Positions 10,601 to 19,902 of a DNA stretch of 64,000 nucleotides are shown piece by piece (the stretch's first letter is position 1; each line of letters starts with the position of its first letter). This stretch comes from a virus, in IMG/VR virus record IMGVR_UViG_3300020055_000004. The stretch is one strand, 5' to 3'. A program made the translations under genes and the position numbers. The notes under the pieces are model-generated. The model was not told where the DNA came from. It saw nothing but the letters and a program-made list of their open reading frames with translations, and ran no database searches.

Positions 10601-11976
10601 TTGCGCAAGCAAGTGATGCTAGTGTTAGTGCGATCGGTGAAAGAACTATTGTACAAACAGCTGATAATATTCCTGTTAATTCTGCTTCTGTATCAGGTAT
10701 TAGTGAACGTCAGATTACACAAACCGCTGATAATTTACCAGCTAAGAGTAATCATACATTATCAGGTGTCGGTGAAAGACAAATAGAAAGTACAGCTGGT
10801 ATTTTAGGCATTATTAATGGATCAACTTCTGGTATAGGTTTACGTAGTATTACATCTACATCAGGAGCACTTGCTCCGACTACAACACCAAGTGTATCAT
10901 CACCGGGTGAACGTACTATCACACTATATGTTGGCACAGCTGTAGCTACAGATGCTAGCTTAGTAGGTATTGTCGAAAGAACTATTGTACAGACAGCTGA
11001 TAATCTACCTGTTAACACTGGTTCAATAAGTGGTACAGGTATAATTGAAACATCAGCGACTGGTGTTTTAGGTATTACTGATAGTTCTGTATCTGGTATT
11101 GGTGAACGACAAATTGTAATTACTTCTGGAATATCACAAGCAGAAGATGCATCGGTCAACAGTGTCGGTGAAAGACAAATAGATGAGACTTCCGGAAGCT
11201 TGGTTGCTGATAATGCCGTCGTCAATAGTATTGGCGAAAGACAAATTACGCAAACAGCCGATAATATTCCTGTTAATACTGGATCTACTTCTGGTATTGG
11301 TGAAAGACAAATTGTTTCTACAAGTGGTAATTTAACGCCGTCCACTGTACCTATTGTATCATCACCCGGTGAACGTATCATTACAACATACAGTAGTGCT
11401 GTTGTTGCAACTACTCCTCCTGAAACAAGTGGTATTGGTGAGAGAACTATTAATCTTACGGATGGTGTATCTCAATCAGAGATATCACAAGTAAATGGTA
11501 TTGGTGAAAGAGAAATAACCAAGACCGCTGATGATGCTCCTACACTTTACTCGCAAGTTGTGGGTAATGTAATTAGAGAAGTTAAATCTGTTGTTGCAGT
11601 CGGTGGAATAGAAAACAGTGTTGTTAACGGTAATGGTGAAGTTGAAGTTCGAGGTCAAGGTTTTGCCGGTATTACAAATTCATCGGTATCTGGTATTGGT
11701 GAAAGAGAAGTAAATACTGAAAACGGTTCAGGCAATCTAGTAAACGCTGGAATTGATAATGCAGTCGTAGGCCAAGGTCTTAAGTCGTATAATATTGCAT
11801 TACAAGCTACGACAGGGCCGTCAGTATATGGTCTAGGTGCAAGAATAACAGACTTTGCTCAGCTAGTTCGTGTAACAGATACGGGCGAATCTACTATTAC
11901 TACTAGTTTATCTGACGAAGATCAAATTGTTACATATAAAGAAAAAGAATACATTAAGAAAATAACAGTAGCATAA
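7660..11976 (+). CDS. giant modular repeat protein, putative fibre/whisker
   Basis: roughly 55-60 repeats of 22-23 aa anchored on G-E-R-[QT] or G-L-R-T; lies directly upstream of gp13. Confidence 0.7.
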   Translation: MSDLTRVIYVDDGTPASSDLYVTPHGYVEKSEEAGHGFVGITNASTSGVGERQVKRTAGVLGITNGSTSGIGERTVKSTSGSLTASTGPSVSSPGERSVVSYSTAVVATTPPSSSGIGERQIDQTSGSLAQAGNASLSSTGERQVKRTAGVGGIANGSTSGVGERQVKRTAGVLGIANGSTSGVGERQVKRTAGILGIASGSTSGIVERQVKRTAGVLGIANGSTSGVGERQVKRTAGVLGIANGSTSGVGERQIDQTSGSLAQAGDASSSGIGERQVKRTAGVLGITNGSISGIGERQIDQTSGSLAQAGNASLSGVSERTITQTADNLPAKSNHTLVGIGERQIVSTSGSLTASTVGSVSSPGERTVVSYSTAVVAQNGSTTGVGERQIDQTSGSLAQAGNASLVGIAERQITQTADNLPTNTGSTSGVGLAGKDVKVGILGIANSESSGIGERQITQTADLSGFAAGSTSGTGLRTIKSTSGSLEASTGPVISSPGERIITTYSSAVVAQDGSTVGIGERQITQTADNLPAKSDHTLVGSGLRTITQTADLSGFAAGSTSGIGLRTIKSTSGSLLASTGPSVSSPGERTITTYSSAVVAQDGSTSGTGLRTVTQTADNLPAKSNHTLVGTGLRTITQTADLSGFATGSTAGTGLRTILQTSDNIPINTGSTTGIGERQIITNSGLDGYQVVTGSISSVGERTITQTADLSGFAEGSTSGTGLRTIVQTADNLPTNTGSTTGTGTIETLAVGILGIANSSASGTGLRTVVTTDGSLTPSTIPVVSSPGERIITTYSSAVVATTPPELDGVGERQITQTADNLPAKSDHTLVGIVERQIIQTADNLPAKSNHTLSGTGERQITQTADLSGFATGSTSGTGERQINQTADITGYDISSVNAIGERTVVQTADNLPTNTGSTTGIGISGKVGSGQLTASTLGSTSGIGERQIVSTSTSLQASNASVSSDIGERQIDQTSGNLAQASDASVSAIGERTIVQTADNIPVNSASVSGISERQITQTADNLPAKSNHTLSGVGERQIESTAGILGIINGSTSGIGLRSITSTSGALAPTTTPSVSSPGERTITLYVGTAVATDASLVGIVERTIVQTADNLPVNTGSISGTGIIETSATGVLGITDSSVSGIGERQIVITSGISQAEDASVNSVGERQIDETSGSLVADNAVVNSIGERQITQTADNIPVNTGSTSGIGERQIVSTSGNLTPSTVPIVSSPGERIITTYSSAVVATTPPETSGIGERTINLTDGVSQSEISQVNGIGEREITKTADDAPTLYSQVVGNVIREVKSVVAVGGIENSVVNGNGEVEVRGQGFAGITNSSVSGIGEREVNTENGSGNLVNAGIDNAVVGQGLKSYNIALQATTGPSVYGLGARITDFAQLVRVTDTGESTITTSLSDEDQIVTYKEKEYIKKITVA
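8281..8412 (+). repeat. perfect 66-bp tandem duplication inside the repeat gene
   Basis: 8281-8346 is identical to 8347-8412. Confidence 0.9.
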
Positions 11977-12010
11977 ATAAATTTATTAAAGCTAAAACGG
12001 AGCACATTCG

Positions 12011-12754
12011 ATGGCAGTTCCATCCACACGAGACGAGTTTAAAGAGTATTGTCTAAGATCACTAGGCAAGCCCGTCATCGAAATTAATGTAGCAGACGAG
12101 CAGGTCGAAGATAGAATCGATCAAGCTCTACGTTTTTTCTGGGATTATCATTTCGACGGCACAGAAAAAATCTACTATAAAATTTTAGTTACTCAACAAA
12201 TTAAAGATGATGGATATGTAGATCTGCCCGAGAATATTATCGGCGCCGTACGGTTGTTTCCGATGGGTGCACTTGGTACTTCATCAGGAGATATATTTAA
12301 TATTCGATATCAAATCGCATTAAACGATCTATACACTCTTACTAACATTGCTCTTATAGATTATTATATGACAATGGAACATCTCGCGATGGTTCAAGAA
12401 ATACTTGTTGGTAAACCACAAATAAGATATAATCGTCATCGTAATCGTTTACATATAGACGAAACAAAACAAGATTTAAGAGTAAATGAATATCTTATAT
12501 TGGAAGCATATGAAATTGTTGATCCTGCTACATACACGGATGTATGGTCAGACCGATGGTTACAGTATTATACATCACAACTTATTAAAAGACAATGGGG
12601 TACAAATCTTACTAAGTTCGAAGGACTACAACTTCCAGGTGGTGTAACTTTTAATGGTAGACAAATATATGATGATGCTCAGACTGAGATCTCTAAACTA
12701 GAAGAAGAGATGATTAACAATTACAGCTTGCCTGTAATGGATATGATTGGATAA
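12011..12754 (+). CDS. gp13: neck protein gp13
   Basis: YCLRSLGKPVIEINV..QWGTNLTKF..LPGGVTFNG; synteny. Confidence 0.92.
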   Translation: MAVPSTRDEFKEYCLRSLGKPVIEINVADEQVEDRIDQALRFFWDYHFDGTEKIYYKILVTQQIKDDGYVDLPENIIGAVRLFPMGALGTSSGDIFNIRYQIALNDLYTLTNIALIDYYMTMEHLAMVQEILVGKPQIRYNRHRNRLHIDETKQDLRVNEYLILEAYEIVDPATYTDVWSDRWLQYYTSQLIKRQWGTNLTKFEGLQLPGGVTFNGRQIYDDAQTEISKLEEEMINNYSLPVMDMIG

Positions 12755-12797
12755 AGAGCATAGCTCTATTATACTCAAAAAATAGGATTTGTACACA

Positions 12798-13529
12798 GTG
12801 GCAACCAATTTATACTTCAATAATTTTAATAGTACATCTGAACAAAGTCTAATTGAAGACCTTGTTATCGAGTCTATTAAAATTTATGGCCATGATCTAT
12901 GGTATTGTCCACGTACAATAGTAGCCAAAGATGATATCCTAAACGAAGATCCGTTATCAACATACAATGATTCATATCAAATCGAAATGTATATCAAAAA
13001 TGTTGAAGGATTCGAAGGTGAAGGTGATTTCTTATCTAAATTCAATATTCAGATTCGAGACGAGATTACATTTACTGTTGCTAGAAAAGTATATCAAGAA
13101 ACCGTTGGAGACTTCGAAGATAATGATCGGCCATTTGAAGGTGATCTTATTTTTATGCCATTAACTAATAAAGTATATCAAATCAAGTTTGTTGAACATG
13201 AGCCGGTATTCTATCAAAATGGTGCACTACAAATGTTTGATATCAGGTGTGAATTGTTCGAATACAGCAATGAAGATTTGAATACAGGTTTACCATATGT
13301 AGATAATCTCGAAATCATTCATTCATTATCTGCAGACGAACTGGATGGTCTTACATACGATGCTAACAATAATATTATTATTGATCCTGATACAGGTCGA
13401 CCAGTAGGATTAGATAGCAACTGGAATCCTGATGATCCGTATGCAGACAATAGTTCATTCCAAGTAAGTGCTAATTCATTCATTGATTTTACGGAACGAG
13501 ATCCATTCAGTGAAGGCGGTAGATACTAA
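12798..13529 (+). CDS. gp14: neck protein gp14 (GTG start; alternative start 12789)
   Basis: EQSLIEDLVIESIKIYG..FLSKF..RPFEGDLI..FTERDPFSE. Confidence 0.92.
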   Translation: MATNLYFNNFNSTSEQSLIEDLVIESIKIYGHDLWYCPRTIVAKDDILNEDPLSTYNDSYQIEMYIKNVEGFEGEGDFLSKFNIQIRDEITFTVARKVYQETVGDFEDNDRPFEGDLIFMPLTNKVYQIKFVEHEPVFYQNGALQMFDIRCELFEYSNEDLNTGLPYVDNLEIIHSLSADELDGLTYDANNNIIIDPDTGRPVGLDSNWNPDDPYADNSSFQVSANSFIDFTERDPFSEGGRY

Positions 13530-14626
13530 TGTTTGGACGTACTTTTTATCACGATACTCTGCGTAGATATGTTATCTTATTTGGTACATTATTCAATGAT
13601 GTTTATATTAATCGCGAAGACGAGAATGGCAACGTAAAACAGGTCATTAAAGTTCCTCTTGCATATGGACCTCGAGAAAAGTTTCTCGCGAGGATAGAAG
13701 GAATAGAATCGAATCGTGATCCATTACAACAGCCATTTTCAGTTGTATTGCCTCGCATGGGTTTCGAAATTACAGGTTTTAATTATGCACCTGAACGAAA
13801 ATTGCCTACCCGAAATAAATTTAAGATTGAAGATATTGATGGTGATGGCGACCGTCGTGTCTCAATCTATAATCCAGTTCCCTATGATATTCAATTTAGT
13901 TTGTCCATTTTTGTAAAGAACACGACAGATGGTACTAGAATTATTGAACAAATACTTCCATACTTTACACCTGAATGGACATCAACAGTATTACTAACTG
14001 AAACTCCTGAAGTTAAATTGGATATACCACTTGTTTTAACTGGAACAAGTCAAGATGATGTATATGAAGGTTCTTTTGAAGATCGCCGCGCCTTGATATG
14101 GACACTCGATTTTACAATGAAAGGTTATTTCTATGGTCCAGAATATAAAAGTGATGTAATTAAATTATCTAATACACAAATATTTGATTCATCATTGTAT
14201 GATGATATAGATCAATCAATTAACAATGTTGAAGTAGCTTCACGTTTACTCGCTGAACCTGCCATATTAGCTAATAATTCTCCTACTGTTTTCTCAGATA
14301 TTAATGCCGAAACTGCTACAGCTGTTGCCGTGATTAGTAGTGGGAGTGTAACAGAAATTGTACTTACTAATATTGGTTATGGATATAGTGACACACCAGC
14401 AACTATTACTATTGATGGTAATGCTACTGCAACGGCCGTAATGGGTAATGGATATAATATAGATAGAATAGTAATTACTGATGGTGGCTCTGGATACACT
14501 GAAACACCTACCGTAACAATATCTGCACCTGACTTAGTATCGATAGCAAATACGGCAGCTATTGATTCTGAATCTACTTATGGTGTTGCAGAAGTGAATA
14601 TAGGTCCATTCCCTGATGAAGGATAA
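13529..14626 (+). CDS. gp15: tail sheath stabiliser/completion protein gp15 with C-terminal extension
   Basis: FYHDTLRRYVILFGTLFND..VPLAYGP..LPRMGFE..EQILPYFTP. Confidence 0.92.
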   Translation: MFGRTFYHDTLRRYVILFGTLFNDVYINREDENGNVKQVIKVPLAYGPREKFLARIEGIESNRDPLQQPFSVVLPRMGFEITGFNYAPERKLPTRNKFKIEDIDGDGDRRVSIYNPVPYDIQFSLSIFVKNTTDGTRIIEQILPYFTPEWTSTVLLTETPEVKLDIPLVLTGTSQDDVYEGSFEDRRALIWTLDFTMKGYFYGPEYKSDVIKLSNTQIFDSSLYDDIDQSINNVEVASRLLAEPAILANNSPTVFSDINAETATAVAVISSGSVTEIVLTNIGYGYSDTPATITIDGNATATAVMGNGYNIDRIVITDGGSGYTETPTVTISAPDLVSIANTAAIDSESTYGVAEVNIGPFPDEG

Positions 14627-15038
14627 AGATATGAAGCATGATATATTGAATGATGTTTTGAATATGAATAGTGGACAACTCATCGAACAAGAAGAAAAAC
14701 TACCTACAACTTATCGTCCAAGTCTCGAAACAGATAAAGAAATCGAGAACGATACAAAATATGTTCGTCAGAATTTTTATGATCTTATCGAAAAAGGTCA
14801 TGGTGCAATCGACGAATTGCTTGCAGTAGCAGATCAGTCTCAACACCCCAGAGCATATGAAGTCTTAGCTAATATGATCAAAACAATGGGTGATATGAAT
14901 AATGATCTGCTAGCCATGCATGAAAAGAAACAAAAACTTACAGGCGAGAAACCAGAAAAACCAGATACTGTTAATAATAACTTGTATGTAGGTAGTACGA
15001 GTGATTTGCTGAAGTTATTAAATAAAGAAAATGAGTGA
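14616..15038 (+). CDS. gp16: terminase small subunit gp16
   Basis: HPRAYEV..NNNLYVGSTSDLLKLL. Confidence 0.9.
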   Translation: MKDKDMKHDILNDVLNMNSGQLIEQEEKLPTTYRPSLETDKEIENDTKYVRQNFYDLIEKGHGAIDELLAVADQSQHPRAYEVLANMIKTMGDMNNDLLAMHEKKQKLTGEKPEKPDTVNNNLYVGSTSDLLKLLNKENE

Positions 15039-16686
15039 AATTCAAGATATTATAGATTATCGATCTTATCTCGGTAATGTAAATCTTAAGCGCAAGGGTG
15101 TTACAATTGAATGGACCGAAGATATGGTCCAAGAGTTTGTGAAGTGTGCTAAAGATCCAATATACTTCTCAGAAAAATATATACAAATTGTACATGTTGA
15201 TCATGGATTGATTCCGATAAATTGCTATGACTATCAAAAAGAAATCATTAAAAAAACCACCAATAATAGAAGAGTCTGTGTTGTTACGTCACGGCAGGCA
15301 GGTAAAACTACTACTGCTGTATGTCTTATACTTCATTACATATTGTTTAACGACCATAAGCTCGTGGCTCTCCTCGCTAACAAAGGAGATGCAGCTAGGG
15401 AAATATTGGACAGAATTAAAACTGCGTATGAAGCGTTACCGAAATGGCTTCAACAAGGAGTCATCGAATGGAACAAAGGATCAGTAGAATTTGAAAACGG
15501 ATCCAAAATCATTGCGGCTGCTACTTCTTCTTCTGCTATTCGAGGCAAATCCGTATCCTTCCTATACATTGATGAGACAGCTTTCGTGGAGAATTGGGAC
15601 GAATTCTTTGCCTCAGTATTTCCAACAATCTCATCCGGAACTAGTACTAAAATCCTTCTTACATCCACACCAAATGGATTAAATCACTTCTATAAAACAT
15701 GTGAAGGTGCCAAAGCAGGCAAAAATGGTTACGAGTTCGTGCAGGTTATGTGGCATGACGTCCCGGGCCGTGATGAAAAATGGAGAGAAGAAACACTCGC
15801 TGCGATGGACTTTGATACAGAAAAGTTCGCGCAGGAAATGGAATGTGAATTCCTAGGTTCATCGGGTACACTCATATCGGGATGGAAATTAAAGCAACTT
15901 GTATATAGAGAAGCTATTAAAGAAGTCGGTGGTATAAACATATATGAAGAACCGATGCAAGAAGGCAACTATGTGATAGTTGTTGACGTCAGTAGAGGTA
16001 AAGGATTAGACTATTCTGCCTTTCAGGTCGTTGATATATCAGAGATGCCGTACAGACAGGTTGGAACATATCGTAATAATATGATCACACCTATAGATTA
16101 TGCTGCAGCTGTGCATAGCGCGGCAAAGTATTACAATGAAGCCAATATATTGGTTGAAGTCAATGATATTGGAGAACAGGTAGCTTCTATTCTTTTCGAA
16201 GAATATGAATACGAAAATATGTTACTCACTGAAAATAATGGACGTGAAGGAAAACGTCTATTATCAGGTGTAGCAGGATTCAGCGGAAGAGCAGATAAAG
16301 GTATACGTACTACTAAATCTGTAAAATCTGTTGGTTGTTCAATGATAAAATTATTAGTAGAACAAAATCAAATTATAATTAATGATTTCGAAACAATACG
16401 TGAATTTTCGACATTTAGTCAAAAAGGTACATCATGGGAAGCAGAACCGGGCAATCACGACGATTTAGTGATGTGTTTAGTTCTCTTTGGTTGGTTGTCA
16501 AACCAGAAATTCTTTAAAGAATTGACTGATATAAATACGGTTATCAATCTCAAAGAAATGAATGAAGAAAAAGTCTTTAGTGAGCTGGTTCCATTCGGTA
16601 TCATTGACGACGGGCAAGACGTACACGAGCAAGAATCTCAAGTAAAGACTGCCAGAGGTGGAGATGACTATAGTTGGCTAATGTAG
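15031..16686 (+). CDS. gp17: terminase large subunit gp17
   Basis: SRQAGKTT Walker A, YIDETAF Walker B, STPNG, VDVSRG and HDDLVM nuclease motifs. Confidence 0.97.
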   Translation: MSEIQDIIDYRSYLGNVNLKRKGVTIEWTEDMVQEFVKCAKDPIYFSEKYIQIVHVDHGLIPINCYDYQKEIIKKTTNNRRVCVVTSRQAGKTTTAVCLILHYILFNDHKLVALLANKGDAAREILDRIKTAYEALPKWLQQGVIEWNKGSVEFENGSKIIAAATSSSAIRGKSVSFLYIDETAFVENWDEFFASVFPTISSGTSTKILLTSTPNGLNHFYKTCEGAKAGKNGYEFVQVMWHDVPGRDEKWREETLAAMDFDTEKFAQEMECEFLGSSGTLISGWKLKQLVYREAIKEVGGINIYEEPMQEGNYVIVVDVSRGKGLDYSAFQVVDISEMPYRQVGTYRNNMITPIDYAAAVHSAAKYYNEANILVEVNDIGEQVASILFEEYEYENMLLTENNGREGKRLLSGVAGFSGRADKGIRTTKSVKSVGCSMIKLLVEQNQIIINDFETIREFSTFSQKGTSWEAEPGNHDDLVMCLVLFGWLSNQKFFKELTDINTVINLKEMNEEKVFSELVPFGIIDDGQDVHEQESQVKTARGGDDYSWLM

Positions 16687-16703
16687 TTTGAAATGTGCTT
16701 TGT

Positions 16704-16711
16704 TATAAATA
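16704..16711 (+). promoter_or_regulatory. late promoter TATAAATA
   Basis: exact consensus upstream of gp18. Confidence 0.85.
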
Positions 16712-16756
16712 AAACTACGAAATACATTATAATCAATTTACAGGGAGAAACACAAC

Positions 16757-19279
16757 ATGCCTTTTCAATTAAGCCCAGGCGTTAATGTTACAGAGATCGA
16801 TTTGACGACTGTAATCCCTGCCGTAGCCACAACTGACGCCGCCATTGGTGGTGTTTTTCAGTGGGGACCGGTAGATAAGCCTTCGCTCGTTGTAAGCGAA
16901 GATGAATTAGCACAAGTTTATGGTAAGCCTAATAGCGATAATTATGAAACATGGATGACCGCTGCTAGCTTCCTATCTTATTCTAATCGTCTTTATGTTT
17001 CACGAGCTCATCACTCATTTGGAAGTGATATTCTAACGTCAGCGTACGCTCAAAGTGGTACAGACTATTTTGTAATCGATGGTACTGTTAGTGAACTGGA
17101 AACCGGCCTAGTAGTAGCTGCTATTGACGGATCAGTTTCAGAGGCAGCAATTACTGTTGATACTACAGACGCATTTGATACATTTAATGATGTTACAGCT
17201 ATTCACGACGGTGACGTACCTACAGGTCTTTTTACTGGTACATTATCTAATGTATTGAATGGCGAAGCAGTAACGCTAAGCACTGATGGTACATTGCCAC
17301 AAGGTTTTGATAACTTAACTACTTACTTTATTGTTAACTCGGTAGGAAACCAATTTGGTCTGTCACTAACTCAGGGTGGATCAGCTATTCCTTTGGTATC
17401 GACTGGCGATGGTACAGGTTCTGGATCATTGGTTCTTACTCGATCCGGTGATACTCGAGTAACTATGACTGGTCAAACATGGTCAGGCGCCACCGGTGCA
17501 GCTACATTAGAATTTCATGACGCTAGCTATTCATTCAACTCCGTAGCATTTGATGGTGCTACATCATCTGTTGCTGCTTCACACATTGTTAAAAACGATG
17601 ATTCATATACAGATGCACTGGCAGGTTTTGATGACGCAGCACGCTGGGTTGCAAAATATCCCGGTCTCATAGGCAATTCACTAAAAATTTCTGTCTGCGA
17701 TTCGAACACGGCATTTAGCTCTGATGTAGAAATCGCGGCTGGACAAGTAACTACGCTTGCTATTAATGTTGGAGCAAATACTGGTACGATTACTTCAGCG
17801 GTTGATGGCGATGTAACAAATGTTACGTCTAATCTTTCCGTAGGAGATCAAATTAAAGTTGGTAATACAACAATTGGTGTTCAGTATCTTGAAATTACAT
17901 CAATTGGAGCTGTTTCTGCTGGAGAAGCTGAAATCGAATTTGCTCAAGCTCTTACTACTACAGAAAATATTAGCGTCGCCTCTTCGGTTTCTGCAGCTGC
18001 AACCATTGAACGATATTGGCAGTATTGGGATTTAGTTGAAGGTGCACCTACTCAATCAGCTTATGTTGCATCTCAAGGTAATACAGCAGCAAATGACGAA
18101 GTTCATGTTGTTGTAATTGACGAAGATGGTAAGATTTCTGGAATTCCTAACACAGTACTTGAAGTGTATAGTGGTCTTTCTCGCGCAACTGACGCTAAAG
18201 GTGAACAAGGTAATAATATATACTACAAAGATGTGATTAATCAATCTTCAGGTTATGTTTGGTGGGCAAATGATGATACAAATGCAACATCAGCATCAGC
18301 GTTACTTGTTCAATCATCAACTAATACTGGACCTGCTACTTACTCATTTATTGGTGGCCGAGACGTCGGTACTGAAACTACATGTGCTCTAGGTGATGTA
18401 TTACGAGCTTATGACGTATATCGATCAGCTGAAGACATTGACATCTCATTGGTGTTGACTGGTAAGTCTCGAGGTGCATCAAACGGTGCACAGCTTGGTA
18501 ATTACTTGATTGACAACATTGGCGAACGACGTAAGGATTGTGTTGTATTCATCTCACCTGACAAGGATGATGTTGTTGGTAATTCATCCGATATCACAGA
18601 AGATGTTGTTCAATTTAGAAACAGCTGCCGATCATCTTCATACGCTGTACTCGACTCAGGTTATAAGTACATGTATGACAAGTATAACGACGTATATCGA
18701 TGGGTACCTATTAATGGTGACATCGCCGGTCTAGCAGCATATACAGATGAATTGCGTGATGCATGGTGGTCACCTGCAGGTTTCAATCGTGGCCAAATTA
18801 AGAATATTGTTAAGCTCGCTTGGAATCCGAAGCAAGCTGAGCGCGATATTCTTTACAAGAACGGTATTAATCCAATTGTTAACTTCCCAGGTCAAGGTAT
18901 CGTAATGTTCGGTGATAAGACTCTGTTGGCTAAGCCTTCAGCGTTCGATCGTATCAACGTACGACGACTCTTCATTGTTCTTGAGAAAGCAATTGCTACA
19001 GCTGCTAAGTTTACATTGTTTGAGTTCAATGACGAATTCACACGCGCTAGCTTTGTTAATCTTGTAACACCTTTCTTACGAGATGTTAAAGGCCGCCGAG
19101 GTGTAACAGACTTTGTAGTCGTATGTGACGAGACAAACAACACAGGTGAAGTCATCGATCGCAACGAGTTCGTTGGTGACATCTACATCAAACCTGCTCG
19201 AAGCATCAACTTTATCCAGTTGAACTTTGTCGCAGTGCGAACAGGTGTAGAATTCTCCGAAGTTATTGGAAATTTCTAA
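16757..19279 (+). CDS. gp18: tail sheath protein gp18
   Basis: LSPGVNVTEID..WWSPAGFNRG..FDRINVRRLF..KPARSINFIQLNFVA. Confidence 0.97.
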   Translation: MPFQLSPGVNVTEIDLTTVIPAVATTDAAIGGVFQWGPVDKPSLVVSEDELAQVYGKPNSDNYETWMTAASFLSYSNRLYVSRAHHSFGSDILTSAYAQSGTDYFVIDGTVSELETGLVVAAIDGSVSEAAITVDTTDAFDTFNDVTAIHDGDVPTGLFTGTLSNVLNGEAVTLSTDGTLPQGFDNLTTYFIVNSVGNQFGLSLTQGGSAIPLVSTGDGTGSGSLVLTRSGDTRVTMTGQTWSGATGAATLEFHDASYSFNSVAFDGATSSVAASHIVKNDDSYTDALAGFDDAARWVAKYPGLIGNSLKISVCDSNTAFSSDVEIAAGQVTTLAINVGANTGTITSAVDGDVTNVTSNLSVGDQIKVGNTTIGVQYLEITSIGAVSAGEAEIEFAQALTTTENISVASSVSAAATIERYWQYWDLVEGAPTQSAYVASQGNTAANDEVHVVVIDEDGKISGIPNTVLEVYSGLSRATDAKGEQGNNIYYKDVINQSSGYVWWANDDTNATSASALLVQSSTNTGPATYSFIGGRDVGTETTCALGDVLRAYDVYRSAEDIDISLVLTGKSRGASNGAQLGNYLIDNIGERRKDCVVFISPDKDDVVGNSSDITEDVVQFRNSCRSSSYAVLDSGYKYMYDKYNDVYRWVPINGDIAGLAAYTDELRDAWWSPAGFNRGQIKNIVKLAWNPKQAERDILYKNGINPIVNFPGQGIVMFGDKTLLAKPSAFDRINVRRLFIVLEKAIATAAKFTLFEFNDEFTRASFVNLVTPFLRDVKGRRGVTDFVVVCDETNNTGEVIDRNEFVGDIYIKPARSINFIQLNFVAVRTGVEFSEVIGNF

Positions 19280-19315
19280 TAAATAGAACAAAGCTAAATT
19301 AAAGGAGAATAACAA

Positions 19316-19822
19316 ATGGCTTTTAGCTTACAAGACTTTAAATCAGGCGCAATAGAGGCGGGCGGTTATCGTCCCGCCCTCTTTGAAGTTGTTGCTACAT
19401 CGTTTCCTGAACAGTTTAGATTTCTTTGTATGTCTTCACAGGTACCTGCTGCCACCCACGGTGTAATCGAAGTTCCTTACTTTGGCCGTAAAGTTAAGAT
19501 TGCTGGTGACAGAACGTATGCTGAATGGACAACAACTCTCATGCTCGAAGAAGATTTTGCAGTCCGAAATTCACTCGAGCAATGGGCAGATCAAATCAAC
19601 GATCCTACATCAGGTGTTCGAACATTTGGTGGTCCTGAAGATTATAAATCAGATCTTGAAATCAAATTGTATGGAAAGACAGGTGATGTCAAGCGCACAT
19701 ACAAACTAGTAGATTGTTGGCCTACAGATGTAGGTACTATAGAATTGGATTGGAATACAACTGATACGATTGGTACTTATACTGTAACTTGGGCCTTTGA
19801 TGAGATGGCTGCTGGCAGCTAA
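19316..19822 (+). CDS. gp19: tail tube protein gp19
   Basis: VPYFGRKVKIAGDRTYAEW..WPTDVGTIELDW. Confidence 0.95.
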   Translation: MAFSLQDFKSGAIEAGGYRPALFEVVATSFPEQFRFLCMSSQVPAATHGVIEVPYFGRKVKIAGDRTYAEWTTTLMLEEDFAVRNSLEQWADQINDPTSGVRTFGGPEDYKSDLEIKLYGKTGDVKRTYKLVDCWPTDVGTIELDWNTTDTIGTYTVTWAFDEMAAGS

Positions 19823-19848
19823 TTTCATCCAGTTCTAAAAGTGGGTTG

Positions 19849-19887
19849 AGGGGGATTATAAATAATCTTATAGTCCCCCTTATTTTT
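19849..19887 (+). terminator. terminator-like hairpin containing the late promoter TATAAATA (19857-19864)
   Basis: AGGGGGATTATA-loop-TATAGTCCCCCT followed by TATTTTT. Confidence 0.7.
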
Positions 19888-19902
19888 ATCGGAGCGTTAT
19901 GA

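Noticed and set aside
8049-11381. minus-strand ORFs inside the giant repeat gene; possible CRISPR-like array
   Set aside because: antisense shadows of the coding repeat; the repeats are contiguous, in frame and have no unique spacers or cas genes
7660-11976. ice-nucleation protein or DGR target
   Set aside because: lacks the AGYGSTxTA 16-mer periodicity; no reverse transcriptase or adenine-specific TR/VR pair seen
15031-16686. intein or intron in terminase; internal TATAAATA at 16530
   Set aside because: gp17 has normal length and is continuous; the internal box lies in coding sequence and cannot be distinguished from chance
19354-19381. GC-rich imperfect inverted repeat at the start of gp19
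   Set aside because: within coding sequence, explained by the EAGGYRPAL codons, with no supporting evidence
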